A DNA stretch of 64,000 nucleotides from Polyangiales bacterium (GTDB lineage: Bacteria > Myxococcota_A > Polyangia > Polyangiales > Ga0077539), in assembly GCA_044229975.1 (NCBI GenBank), contig JBGARZ010000014.1, positions 96,001 to 160,000 of the forward strand, in the 5' to 3' direction. A program made the translations under genes and the position numbers. Under the pieces are notes generated by a model. That model saw only the letters and a list, made by a program, of their open reading frames with translations. It was not told the DNA's origin and did no database searches. Each line of letters opens with the position of its first letter. The stretch's first letter is position 1. This document shows, one piece after another, positions 47,657 through 57,084 of this stretch.

Positions 47657-47908
47657 CGACGTGGCCGGGGTTCACGGTGCAGGCTCCGCGTCCGTCGCAC
47701 GCCGTTCACCCCGGGGAGTGGTAGGGGGTCACCCCATCGGTGCGCGATGGGGTTGCAGGTGACGTCTATCGGCGACCTCCGCAACAAGTCCATGGGGCAT
47801 CCGGTGCTGCAACCCCATCGCGCAGCGATGGGGTGACCCCCTACCATTGCCCGGGGTGAACGGCGCACGACGGACGCGAAGCCTGCACCGTGAACCCCGG
47901 CCACGTCG
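47657..47908. repeat. Long fold-back inverted repeat containing GTAG-type REP-like palindromes
   Basis: ~102-bp arms at 47657-47758 and 47807-47908; nested GTAGGGGGTCACCCC and CCCCATCG...CGATGGGG hairpins. Confidence 0.9.
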
Positions 47909-47913
47909 ACCCG

Positions 47914-49278
47914 TCAGCGACCTGCGCCCACCTCGTTCACCCGCACGCCGTACTCGCCACGCACCGCCCACGGGTCGTGCTCCAACACCCGCACCGTGTA
48001 CGTCCCCGCGCGCGGCGCCACGACCTCCACGCTCGCGTTCATCGCCCCGGCGCTGTCGTCGTCGTGCGCAATCACCCGGTCGCCGTCGAGCACGGCGACC
48101 TCCACGTCCTGTCGCACACAGAGCCCGCCCATCGACCGCCCGCCCCGTACGCCCACGCGCACCCGTTGCCCGGCGTCGAGCGCCAGCGTCCAGTCGTCCG
48201 CCCAGGTCCAGTCGTCGAGCTGCGCGTCGCCCGGTGCAAACGCTCCGCGCATCGCGCCGCCCACCGTGAGCGCTCCCGCTGGCGGCCCTGCGATGCGCAC
48301 CAGTGCCCGCGTCGGCTCGCTCGCGTCCGTCGCCCGCGTCGGCAAGCCCAGCGACGGAACGATCTTGTCGTACGTCGCCGCCGTCATCCCCGAATGCTCG
48401 CAGGCCGCCGTCACAAACACCGCCCGATGCTCACGCACCGCATCGACGATGGCCCCGCGCGGCTGATCGACGAAGTCCACGCCCGCTGCGCGCAGCATCG
48501 CCGTCATCGTGACGACGTGCGGCTGCGTGTACCGGCTCCCCGCGTGAACGCACACGAAGCGCCGCGGCGCCGCCGCCGTCGACCCCCGCAGCCACGACGT
48601 GAACGTCGACTCGTTGCCGTACAGCCCGTCCATCACGATGACGTTGCGGATGCGGTCGCTGAGGTCGCGCCGGGCCAGCAATCCGCCGATGGTCGGCCCG
48701 CCCGCGCTCGACCCCACCAGGGTGATCGCGCGCACTTCATCAAGCGTGTGCCGCCCGCCCAGCCGCTCGACCAGGGTCTCTTCCAGCAGCTCGTTCAAGA
48801 ATGCCCGCAGGAAGCCGGTGCTCTGAAAGGCCCCGGAGAAGTTGGCCGACCCGCGCGGTGCGAGCTGCGGTGCGATGAGCAGCGCGTTGACCCTCGCCCG
48901 ATCGTGCCGCGCGGCGAGACCCCAACCCACCCCGGGCTCACCCGTCACGGGAGCGAGCTCACCGGCGGTCACCCACCACGAGGCGCGCGTCCCGAGGCCG
49001 TGGAAGAGCATCACCACGTCGAAGGGTCGGGTCGGATCGAAGCCCGGCGGCGCGTGCACGATGACGTCGTGCAAGGGGTGATTGGTGAGCGGCCGGTGCC
49101 GCATGTGAAACGCCGCGGTCCAGCCGGGGCGCGACGTCGGCGACGGGCTCGCGACACCCGCGACGGGCTCTACGGCGACGGGGGCAGGCGATGTCCGGCG
49201 CATGGCAGAGGGTCGTCGGCCGTGACAGGTGCTCAACAGCACGATGCCCGCGAGCGCAGCGACGATCGATGAGCCCAT
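47914..49278 (-). CDS. Secreted alpha/beta-hydrolase-fold protein with C-terminal PPC-like domain
   Basis: Signal peptide/lipobox LSTC; MLFHG, VGSSAGG, MDGLYG; DDDSAG..NA......AGTYTVRV. Confidence 0.7.
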   Translation of the reverse strand: MGSSIVAALAGIVLLSTCHGRRPSAMRRTSPAPVAVEPVAGVASPSPTSRPGWTAAFHMRHRPLTNHPLHDVIVHAPPGFDPTRPFDVVMLFHGLGTRASWWVTAGELAPVTGEPGVGWGLAARHDRARVNALLIAPQLAPRGSANFSGAFQSTGFLRAFLNELLEETLVERLGGRHTLDEVRAITLVGSSAGGPTIGGLLARRDLSDRIRNVIVMDGLYGNESTFTSWLRGSTAAAPRRFVCVHAGSRYTQPHVVTMTAMLRAAGVDFVDQPRGAIVDAVREHRAVFVTAACEHSGMTAATYDKIVPSLGLPTRATDASEPTRALVRIAGPPAGALTVGGAMRGAFAPGDAQLDDWTWADDWTLALDAGQRVRVGVRGGRSMGGLCVRQDVEVAVLDGDRVIAHDDDSAGAMNASVEVVAPRAGTYTVRVLEHDPWAVRGEYGVRVNEVGAGR

Positions 49279-49350
49279 GGAGCGGCGACGGTACGGCGGT
49301 GCAACGACCTGCGTCCACGCCCCGACCTCACCTATCATCCGACCACCGCC

Positions 49351-51021
49351 ATGACCCCGCGCATTCCGCAGCAACGCCGTCGCGCCCTGATCGCTTCCCT
49401 CTTCGGTGCGCTGCTGGCGCTCCCGACGGCGGCGGCGGCGCAGACCACCATCGTCCTCGACGCCGCCATCCCCGACGGGACGGCCCGCTACTTCGCGGTT
49501 CCGTTCACGGTGCCGGAGGGCATTCGCGAGATCGAGGTGCGCCACGACGACCGCTCCGAGATGAACATCCTCGACTGGGGTCTCTACGACCCCGCGCGCT
49601 TCCGGGGATGGGGCGGAGGCAACAGCGAGCCCGCCGTGGTCTCTGTCGACGCGGCCTCGCGCAGCTACGTGCCGGGCGCCATTCCCGCGGGGCAGTGGCA
49701 GCTCCTCATCGGTCAGGCGAAGGTCGTCGAGCGGCCCGCGCGGTACCACGTCGAGATCGTCCTGCGGACGGAGGCCACGCTCGCCGCACAGCCCGAGCGC
49801 CGACCCTACGCACACGCCGCGGCGCTCAGCACGGGGCCGCGTTGGTACGCGGGTGACTTCCACGTCCACTCGCGCGAGAGCGGTGATGCGTCGCCGACGC
49901 TCGACGAGGTCGCCACCTTCGCCCGCGGGCGCGGCCTCGATTTCGTCGAGCTCTCCGAGCACAACACGGTCTCGCAGGTGGACTTCATCGGCGCCGCGCA
50001 GGCCCGCCACCCGGCGCTGTTGTTCGTTCCGGGGAGCGAGGTGACCACGTACCAGGGCCACGCCAACGCCATCGGCGCGACGCAGTGGGTCGACTTCCGC
50101 GTGGGGTCGACCGACCCCGTGGTGACCATCGGCGCCATCACCAGCGCGGTCAGCGCGCAGGGCGGTCTCTTCGCCGTCAACCACCCAGCGCTCAACCTGG
50201 GCGAGGTCTGCATCGGGTGCTCGTGGGCGCACGCCGAGCCGCCGGGCAGCGTGAACGCTGTCGAAGTGCAGAACGGCCAGTACTCGGTGACGGGCGCGCT
50301 CTTCTTCCGGCGGTCGGTGCGCTTCTGGGAGGCGTACCTCGCGCGCGGCGAGCACGTCGCCCCTATTGGCGGCAGCGACGATCACCGCGCGGGCACGGAC
50401 ATGGGCTCGCTATCGAGCCCCATCGGCGGACCGACCACCATGGTCTATGCGACGGAGCTCAGCGTCCCGGCGATTCTCGCTGGCGTTCGGGCGGGGCGCA
50501 CCGTGGTGAAGCTCCAGGGCCCCGGCGACCCGATGGTGGATCTGCGTGCGGGCGCGACGGCGATGATCGGCGACACGGTGCGCGACCGGCGGACGACGCT
50601 GCGCGCGACGGTGACGGGGGCGATGGGGGCGACGCTGAGGTTCTTGCGCAACGGCGCGGCGACGGACCCGGTGGCGGTCAACGCGGACCCGTTCACGGCG
50701 ACGATGGAGGTCGACGCACCGGCGGGAACAGCCGACGACTGGTGGCGCTGCGAGCTGACGGTCAACGACCTGCCGCGCGTGCTCACCGGGCACATCTGGG
50801 TGGCCGCGACGGGCGAGACACCGGTCGCGGATGCTGGAGCGGTCGTCGACGCTGGCATGGACGCGGGCACGACGCCCGCCGCGCCGGGCGACGACTGCGG
50901 GTGTCGCAGCGCTCCGGGGGCGTGCGCGAAGGGCGGGGCGTGGGCGGCGCTGCTGGCGTTGGTCACAGCACGCGGCGCATCCAGCGGGCGATCTCGTCGA
51001 AGACCAGCGCGGGGCGCGTGA
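49351..51021 (+). CDS. CehA/McbA-family PHP metallohydrolase, secreted, with MYXO-CTERM-like tail
   Basis: GDFHVHS, SEHN, GSEVTT..GHAN, NHP, GGSDDH; C-terminal GDDCGC...WAALLAL...RRR. Confidence 0.88.
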   Translation: MTPRIPQQRRRALIASLFGALLALPTAAAAQTTIVLDAAIPDGTARYFAVPFTVPEGIREIEVRHDDRSEMNILDWGLYDPARFRGWGGGNSEPAVVSVDAASRSYVPGAIPAGQWQLLIGQAKVVERPARYHVEIVLRTEATLAAQPERRPYAHAAALSTGPRWYAGDFHVHSRESGDASPTLDEVATFARGRGLDFVELSEHNTVSQVDFIGAAQARHPALLFVPGSEVTTYQGHANAIGATQWVDFRVGSTDPVVTIGAITSAVSAQGGLFAVNHPALNLGEVCIGCSWAHAEPPGSVNAVEVQNGQYSVTGALFFRRSVRFWEAYLARGEHVAPIGGSDDHRAGTDMGSLSSPIGGPTTMVYATELSVPAILAGVRAGRTVVKLQGPGDPMVDLRAGATAMIGDTVRDRRTTLRATVTGAMGATLRFLRNGAATDPVAVNADPFTATMEVDAPAGTADDWWRCELTVNDLPRVLTGHIWVAATGETPVADAGAVVDAGMDAGTTPAAPGDDCGCRSAPGACAKGGAWAALLALVTARGASSGRSRRRPARGA

Positions 51022-52081
51022 AGATGAGGAAGTGGTCCTCGTTGGCGACGATGCGCTCCGTGACGTCGACGCCGGCCTCGCGGAGCATCCCGACGCCCTC
51101 GTCGAGGTAGTCCGTCGGGATGCGGTCGTCGTTCGCGCCGTGGATCACCAGCATCGGTCGGCCCCGCCATCGCGCCTCCCACGAGGGGTTCTCCAGCACC
51201 CGCGGCTCGATCACCGCCGACACGAACACCACCCCGCGGTACCCCTCGACGCCCGCCACGAGCGTGCGGGTGACGCCGCGTCCGCCGTTGGAGAGGCAGG
51301 CCAGCACCACACGGTTCGGGTCGCTGGGCGTGCGCTCGACAAGGTAGCGGTGGGCGCGCTCGATGGCGGCGAGTCCGCCGGGGCGCTGCCAGTCGCCGAA
51401 GCCGAACGACGGCTGCACCACCACGAAGCGCTCGCGGTCGGCGAGCTGCGACCACAGGCGGAAGTAGCCCTTCCAGCTCCCGGCGCTGCCGTGCAGGAAG
51501 ACCACGCCCGGCAGCCGCTCGCCCGGCGCGTGAGGCGGGACGTACACGTCGATGCGCCCGCGGTCTTCGTCGAAGAGCGACTCGTTCATGGCGGAGCCCA
51601 TCGCGCGGAACGACGGGTCGCGTTCGCCCGGGAGGTAGACGTCGCGGATGGCGGTGCGCAGGCGGGCGGCGCCGCGGCGGTCGAGCATCGGGTCGACGAG
51701 CCAGACGAGGTGACTCGCGAGCGAGAGCTGGTCGACCTCGGGCACGAGGTTGGTGGGCGACAGCCGCCACGGCGCGCTGCCCGCGAGGAACACAATGCGC
51801 GTGGCGGAGCCGGGCGGTTGCGTCCCATCGGGCGAGCGCAGCACCAGCGCGACAGCGAGCAGCGCGGTGACGGCGGCGGCGAAGCGGCGCGAGCGGGGTG
51901 CCCACCAGGGTACCGAGGCGAGGCCGATGCCGGTGAGGGCGGCGAGCGCGCCGTCGACGGTGCGGGCGCTCACCAGGAGCAGCGCGGACATCCCCGCGAG
52001 CGGCACCGTGACCAGCGCCCACGCCCAGCGGAATCGTCGGGGTGGCGCCGCGGGTTCGTCGAGCGTCGGGTCGTCGGTCAT
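50963..52081 (-). CDS. Membrane-anchored alpha/beta hydrolase (esterase/dienelactone hydrolase-like)
   Basis: Three N-terminal TMs; FLHGSAG, CLSNGG nucleophile, HGANDD, EDH. Confidence 0.82.
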   Translation of the reverse strand: MTDDPTLDEPAAPPRRFRWAWALVTVPLAGMSALLLVSARTVDGALAALTGIGLASVPWWAPRSRRFAAAVTALLAVALVLRSPDGTQPPGSATRIVFLAGSAPWRLSPTNLVPEVDQLSLASHLVWLVDPMLDRRGAARLRTAIRDVYLPGERDPSFRAMGSAMNESLFDEDRGRIDVYVPPHAPGERLPGVVFLHGSAGSWKGYFRLWSQLADRERFVVVQPSFGFGDWQRPGGLAAIERAHRYLVERTPSDPNRVVLACLSNGGRGVTRTLVAGVEGYRGVVFVSAVIEPRVLENPSWEARWRGRPMLVIHGANDDRIPTDYLDEGVGMLREAGVDVTERIVANEDHFLIFTRPALVFDEIARWMRRVL

Positions 52082-52605
52082 CGGAGGGAGCGACGATACC
52101 CGACGCGCCGTTCCTCCGCGGCAGACCGGATTGCCTCTGCGAGTGACGGTTGAGCTCCTCCCCCGACGACGACCGCTGTGCTTCGGCCGCGGTGACGGCG
52201 GCGCTCTCGGCCGACGGCCGTTGGATGGCGCTCGTCGAGGCGGATCGCGTGGAAGTGTGGCTGCTCGCGCTGCCGGCCCGCTGCGTCGCGCGGGTGCGGC
52301 CCGTCGCGGACGACGACCGGGTCGAGCGGCGGGAACACGTCCTCCAGGGAGATGGGCTCGACGATCCCTGCGTGCTCCCTCTCGGCTGCGAGGGCGTTGG
52401 CGGCGTACCAACGGACCTCCGTGCAGAACGCGGGCGGCTGCGCCGGGCAGGTCGTCCGATCCTCGATCAACTGCTCGATCGCGACTCGAACGCGCGCGTC
52501 GCCAGTCGGGGCGCCCAGGAGCACCAGGAGGATGTAGTAGCGGCTCTCGGGGTCGGGCGACGGGAGCTCGCCCAGGATCCACTGCAACTCGGACTCGTCG
52601 ATCAC
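52078..52605 (-). CDS. Hypothetical helical protein, probably truncated or chimeric after ~95 aa
   Basis: AAGGAGG RBS before GTG at 52605; protein-like sequence until ~52320, then reads as the antisense of a + strand fragment. Confidence 0.45.
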   Translation of the reverse strand: MIDESELQWILGELPSPDPESRYYILLVLLGAPTGDARVRVAIEQLIEDRTTCPAQPPAFCTEVRWYAANALAAEREHAGIVEPISLEDVFPPLDPVVVRDGPHPRDAAGRQREQPHFHAIRLDERHPTAVGRERRRHRGRSTAVVVGGGAQPSLAEAIRSAAEERRVGYRRSLR

Positions 52606-52725
52606 GATTCGACCTCCTTCGATCGGGGGCACGGCGAGCGCGCTTCATCGCGCGGGGAACATCTCGTGGGCGTGCGGCGGCGTCGCGTCCGGTAGAGGTA
52701 CCCTCGGTCAGGCCCTGAACCTCCC

Positions 52726-52866
52726 TGCAACCAGGTTCGCGACTGTCGGCGAGGGTCTGAAACCCACATGCATCCAGGTTCGCGACTGTCGGCGAGGGTC
52801 TGAAACCCACATGCATCCAGGTTCGCGACTGTCGGCGAGGGTCTGAAACCCACATGCATCCAGGTT
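52726..52866. repeat. Perfect 43-bp non-coding tandem repeat (three full copies plus partial)
   Basis: Unit CCAGGTTCGCGACTGTCGGCGAGGGTCTGAAACCCACATGCAT starts at 52731, 52774 and 52817. Confidence 0.95.
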
Positions 52867-52949
52867 GCCGGGTATCGGGGAGGGGTTGGGAGTTCGCGCC
52901 GGACGGGCTGAGGGCTGCGTTCGCAATCAGTGTCTGGATTCGTGCGGCC

Positions 52950-53606
52950 TCAACCGCCCCAAGGCTCCAGCACGCCTCGCCGATTCAGGCGCCACGCGGC
53001 GGGTCGCTCCCCATGGATGCTGCACTGGAACCCCCGGTCGTGGTCCCTCTTGCGCATCCAGAGGTCGCGCTCCTGGCCGTCGACCATCACGACGCGGAGC
53101 CGCTGCACCGAGTCGCGCGAGTAGCCGCCCCGGCCCTGGGTGCTCGCGACCTCCTCCCGCGCGCGAACCTCGGCGACGCGGGTCAGCAGGCTCCACCCCT
53201 CATCGGGGTCGGCGCCGTGGCCGCCGCGCACGAGGTTGATCAGCCTGACGGCGGCGACCCCGAACACCCGAGGACGCTCCTCGATGAGCTGCGCGCTGGT
53301 GATCGAGTCGTCCGTCCAATAGGCCCACGCCGTCCAACCTGACAGGGACGCGGCGTCGAGGTGCTCGTGATCGAGGTGTATGAGGCTGGGCTCGACGTGC
53401 ACGAGCGCGGCGTCGACCTCCCGCACGGCGGTGGTGCTCACGGTGTGCCCCTGTTGGTAGGCCCGCTCGCGGTGCGCCGCGATCCACGCGTCCGCCGCAG
53501 CGCTCGTCGAGGTCACCGCCCGCACCTCCTGCCTGACCCATGGGGCGACGCGGTACGACGCGTTCGTGAAGCGGTCGGTGTCGATCACGGTGATCTCGTA
53601 GCGCAT
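52950..53606 (-). CDS. Hypothetical protein
   Basis: GGAG RBS, GC3-rich ORF filling the gap; no recognised motif. Confidence 0.55.
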   Translation of the reverse strand: MRYEITVIDTDRFTNASYRVAPWVRQEVRAVTSTSAAADAWIAAHRERAYQQGHTVSTTAVREVDAALVHVEPSLIHLDHEHLDAASLSGWTAWAYWTDDSITSAQLIEERPRVFGVAAVRLINLVRGGHGADPDEGWSLLTRVAEVRAREEVASTQGRGGYSRDSVQRLRVVMVDGQERDLWMRKRDHDRGFQCSIHGERPAAWRLNRRGVLEPWGG

Positions 53607-53681
53607 GGACGCTCCGTTCAGAGTGGGCGCTGCTCCAACCCGCCGCTCCGTCCGATCATCCCACGCGAGGTCGGTCTGCCG

Positions 53682-55016
53682 TCAGCGCCCGAGTCGCTCG
53701 ATCTCCCCGGTGCTCGTGAGCAGGTTCACCCGCGCCACCTGGAGCTGCAACCGCGCCCGCACCACCGCCACCCGCGCGCTCGCGTCCGCCGCCTGCGCGT
53801 CCACTGTCTCCAGCAGTGGCGCCACCCCTGAGCTGTACCGCCCCGTCGCCTGCTCCAGATTCGCCGCCGCGGTCGACGCGAGGTGCGCCGTCTGATCGAG
53901 CGCCACCGCCGCCGTCCGCAGGTTGATCGCCGCCTGCACCGCGGCCGAGCGCACCGCGAGCGACTGCTGCGCCAGCGTCGCCCGCGCGCTCGTCACGTTG
54001 GCGTCGGCCACGTCGATGCCCGCCCGCGCCGACGCGTCGAAGATCGGCCACGTCAGCGTGAGCCCGCCTTGGAGCTGCTCCGACAGACCGAAGGCCCCCT
54101 GACCCACGAGGCGCCCGCTGTAGTTGGCCTGCGCGGACGCCTGCCCCGCGAGCACCGGTCGTCGGGTCGCCCGCGCCGCCTCGGCCTGCGACTCTGCTTG
54201 CAGCACCCGCGCCCGCGCCGCCGCAAACTCCGGCCTGCCCGCCACCGCCGCCGCCGCCGCCCGCGCCGGGTCGTCGTCCGCTCGTAGCGCCGACTCGTCC
54301 ACGGCCGAGACCACGAGCTCGCTCAGCGGGTCGACGCCCATCGCTACCGCCAGCACCGCGCGGTCGTTGCGCTCGCGGGCCTCGGCGGCGGTGAGGTCGA
54401 GCCGCCCGACGTCGAGGTCGAGCTCGGCACGCACCCGCTCGATGGGCGGCCGCGAACCCGCATCCACCATCGCCGCCGCGATGCGCAGGTGCGCCTCCCG
54501 CTGCTCGACGATGGCGCGCGCGGCGGTGACCGCCTCCTGGTCGTTGAGCACCGTGAGGTACGCCACGGCGACCGCCGCCATGGCCTGTGTGCGCGCCGTG
54601 CGGAGGTCTTCGCGGGCGGCGTTGCGTCCCCGCGTGGCGGCCTCGACGGCGCTCGCGGTGCGGCCGAAGTCGTAGATGGGGAAGCGCGCCGTGACGCCCG
54701 CGCTCGCGCTCGCGTTGACGCTCTGGTAGCGAACGTCCGAGAGCACCGGCTGATCACTGAACCCGATGGACGCCGCGCCGCTCGCCGTCACCGACGGGAG
54801 GTACGCCGCGCGCGCCGAGGCGATCTGGGCGTCGGAGATGCCGAGGCGGGCGAGCGCGAGGGTGACCGTGGGCGGGTCGGCAGCGCCGCGGGCGAGGGCC
54901 TCGCGGAAGTCGAGGGTGACGCGCGCGGGGGCAGGCGACTCCTGCGCGAAGGCGTAGCCCGACGAGGAGAGCGCGAGCGCGAGGGCGACGGACGGGAGCA
55001 GGGGGCGGTGCTTCAT
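53682..55016 (-). CDS. TolC-family outer membrane efflux protein
   Basis: Signal peptide; two OEP repeats (YLPSV...PIYDFG; RRPVL...WPIFD; RYSSG). Confidence 0.92.
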   Translation of the reverse strand: MKHRPLLPSVALALALSSSGYAFAQESPAPARVTLDFREALARGAADPPTVTLALARLGISDAQIASARAAYLPSVTASGAASIGFSDQPVLSDVRYQSVNASASAGVTARFPIYDFGRTASAVEAATRGRNAAREDLRTARTQAMAAVAVAYLTVLNDQEAVTAARAIVEQREAHLRIAAAMVDAGSRPPIERVRAELDLDVGRLDLTAAEARERNDRAVLAVAMGVDPLSELVVSAVDESALRADDDPARAAAAAVAGRPEFAAARARVLQAESQAEAARATRRPVLAGQASAQANYSGRLVGQGAFGLSEQLQGGLTLTWPIFDASARAGIDVADANVTSARATLAQQSLAVRSAAVQAAINLRTAAVALDQTAHLASTAAANLEQATGRYSSGVAPLLETVDAQAADASARVAVVRARLQLQVARVNLLTSTGEIERLGR

Positions 55017-55035
55017 GGGAGGCTCCGATCGGGGA

Positions 55036-57084
55036 TCACTCGCGGCGCAGGGCCACGATGGGGTCGAGGCGCGCGGCGCTGCGCGCGGGGAAGAAGCCGA
55101 AGATGACGCCGATGCCCCCGGAGACGGCCACGGAGAAGAGGGCGATCTTCGGGTCGAAGCCGACGCTGAAGTCCGTGAGTCGACCGACGAGCAGGCTCGC
55201 GCCGACGCCGACGCCGATGCCCGCGAGGCCGCCGATGAGGGCGAGGGTGACGGCCTCGATGAGAAACTGCGCGAGGATGTCGTTGCCCCGCGCGCCGATG
55301 GCGAGGCGGATGCCGATCTCGCGGGTGCGCTCGGTGACCGAGACCAGCATGATGTTCATGACGCCGATGCCGCCCACGAGGAGCGAGATGGAGGCGACCA
55401 CCATGAGCAGCGCCGAGACGATGGCCGTCTGCTCGTTGAAGGCGCTGGTGAGGTCGGAGAGGTTGCTGACGCCGAAGTTGTCCTCGGCGCCCTGACGGAT
55501 GCGGTGCCGCTGGCGGAGCAGCGACGTGATGGCGTCCTGCGCGCGGTGCACCACGTCGGGGCCGCGCGCGGTCACCATGATGGAGTTCACCTGGCCGTTG
55601 GGCAGGCGGTTGATGCCCGCGCGGAAAGCGCTGAGCGGCATGATGACCGTGTCGTCGTTGTCCTGCCCGAAGCCCGACTGGCCCTTCTTCGCCATCACCG
55701 CGACCACGGTGCAAGGCATCGCGCCGACGCGAAGCTCCTGTCCCACCGGGTTGGCGGTGCCGAAGAGACCCGCTCGCACCGTCTCTCCGATGGCGCACGC
55801 CGGGACGGCGTTGATCTGCTCCTCGGCGCCCCACAGAACGCCCATGGACGCGCCCCAGCTACGCACGGCGAAGTAGTCCGCCGTCGTCCCGGTGATGCGC
55901 GTGGAGACGTTGCGGTCGCCCGACACGACCTGCGCGCTCGACCCCACCGTCGGCGCCACCCGCGCCACCGTCGGAACCTCCCGCGCGATGGCCTCCGCAT
56001 CCTCGTCCGTCAGCGACACCGCCGTCCCCTGCGCCGATCGTACGCCCCCCGAACGAATCCCCGCCGGCATCACCACCAGGAGGTTCACGCCGAGCGAGGT
56101 CATCTGCGCCTGCATCTTCTGCTGGGCGCCCACCCCGAGGGCGTTGGTGGTCACCACCGCCGCGATGCCGATGAGAATGCCCAGCGCGGTCAGCGACGCC
56201 CGCAGCTTGGCGCGCACCAGCGACCGCAGCGCCAGCCGCAGCGCCATGAACCACCCGAGTCCCCCCGAGGGCTCCTTCGCCGATGGGTCGCGCGGCGCCA
56301 GCTCGACGCCCGCGGCGTCCACCTTCCACGGCTCGGCCCCGGCGGGCGCCTTCGGAAAGCGCCGCTCGGCCACGAGCTCGTCCGAGAGGATGAGCCCGTC
56401 CTTCACGGTCACCACACGCGAAGCGCACGCGGCCACGTCGGGCTCGTGGGTGACCATCACGATGGTCAGTCCGCGCTCGGCGTTGAGCCATTGCAGCATC
56501 GCGAGCACTTCGTCCGTCGTGCGCGAATCGAGGTTGCCCGTGGGCTCGTCGGCGAGCAGCACCTCGGGCTCGGTGACCAGCGCGCGGGCGATGGCGACAC
56601 GCTGCTGCTGGCCGCCCGAGAGCTGCGACGGGGTGTTGGCGAGGCGCTGACCGAGGCCGACGAGTTCGAGCGATCGGGTGGCCCGCTCGCGGCGCTCGTC
56701 GCTGGGGACGCCGAGGTAGGCGAGGGGCATCTCGACGTTCTCCAGCGCGCTGGTGCGCGGCAGGAGATTGAACCCCTGGAAGATGAACCCGATGAGCTCG
56801 CTGCGAACCACCGCCCGCTCGTCGGTGTCGAGCGCCGACACGTCGTGGCCCGCGAGGTGGTAGGTGCCTGCGGTGGGGCGATCGAGGCAGCCGATGATGT
56901 TCATCAGCGTGCTCTTGCCCGAGCCTGATGCCCCGACGATGGCCACGAACTGCCCGCGCGGAACCTCCAGCGTCACCCCGCCGAGCGCCAGCACCGACAC
57001 CTCCCCGGAGTCGTACTGCTTCTCGATGTCGCGCAGCACGAGCACCATCTCGTCGCCGCTGCCCGGGTTCACGGCGGCCTCCAT
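55036..57084 (-). CDS. macB: MacB-type ABC transporter ATP-binding/permease fusion
   Basis: [57 protein letters not shown]. Confidence 0.95.
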   Translation of the reverse strand: MEAAVNPGSGDEMVLVLRDIEKQYDSGEVSVLALGGVTLEVPRGQFVAIVGASGSGKSTLMNIIGCLDRPTAGTYHLAGHDVSALDTDERAVVRSELIGFIFQGFNLLPRTSALENVEMPLAYLGVPSDERRERATRSLELVGLGQRLANTPSQLSGGQQQRVAIARALVTEPEVLLADEPTGNLDSRTTDEVLAMLQWLNAERGLTIVMVTHEPDVAACASRVVTVKDGLILSDELVAERRFPKAPAGAEPWKVDAAGVELAPRDPSAKEPSGGLGWFMALRLALRSLVRAKLRASLTALGILIGIAAVVTTNALGVGAQQKMQAQMTSLGVNLLVVMPAGIRSGGVRSAQGTAVSLTDEDAEAIAREVPTVARVAPTVGSSAQVVSGDRNVSTRITGTTADYFAVRSWGASMGVLWGAEEQINAVPACAIGETVRAGLFGTANPVGQELRVGAMPCTVVAVMAKKGQSGFGQDNDDTVIMPLSAFRAGINRLPNGQVNSIMVTARGPDVVHRAQDAITSLLRQRHRIRQGAEDNFGVSNLSDLTSAFNEQTAIVSALLMVVASISLLVGGIGVMNIMLVSVTERTREIGIRLAIGARGNDILAQFLIEAVTLALIGGLAGIGVGVGASLLVGRLTDFSVGFDPKIALFSVAVSGGIGVIFGFFPARSAARLDPIVALRRE

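Noticed and set aside
47914..50385. Long N-terminal extensions given by the ORF track (also amidase, choD, GH15, otsA to 24628, kinase to 62330, hydrolase to 52855)
   Set aside because: The extensions overlap neighbouring real genes or repeats and lack protein-like composition, so downstream starts were used
52726..52866. CRISPR array suggested by GTT...GAAAC
   Set aside because: The intervening 14-mers are identical and too short for spacers; no leader or cas genes
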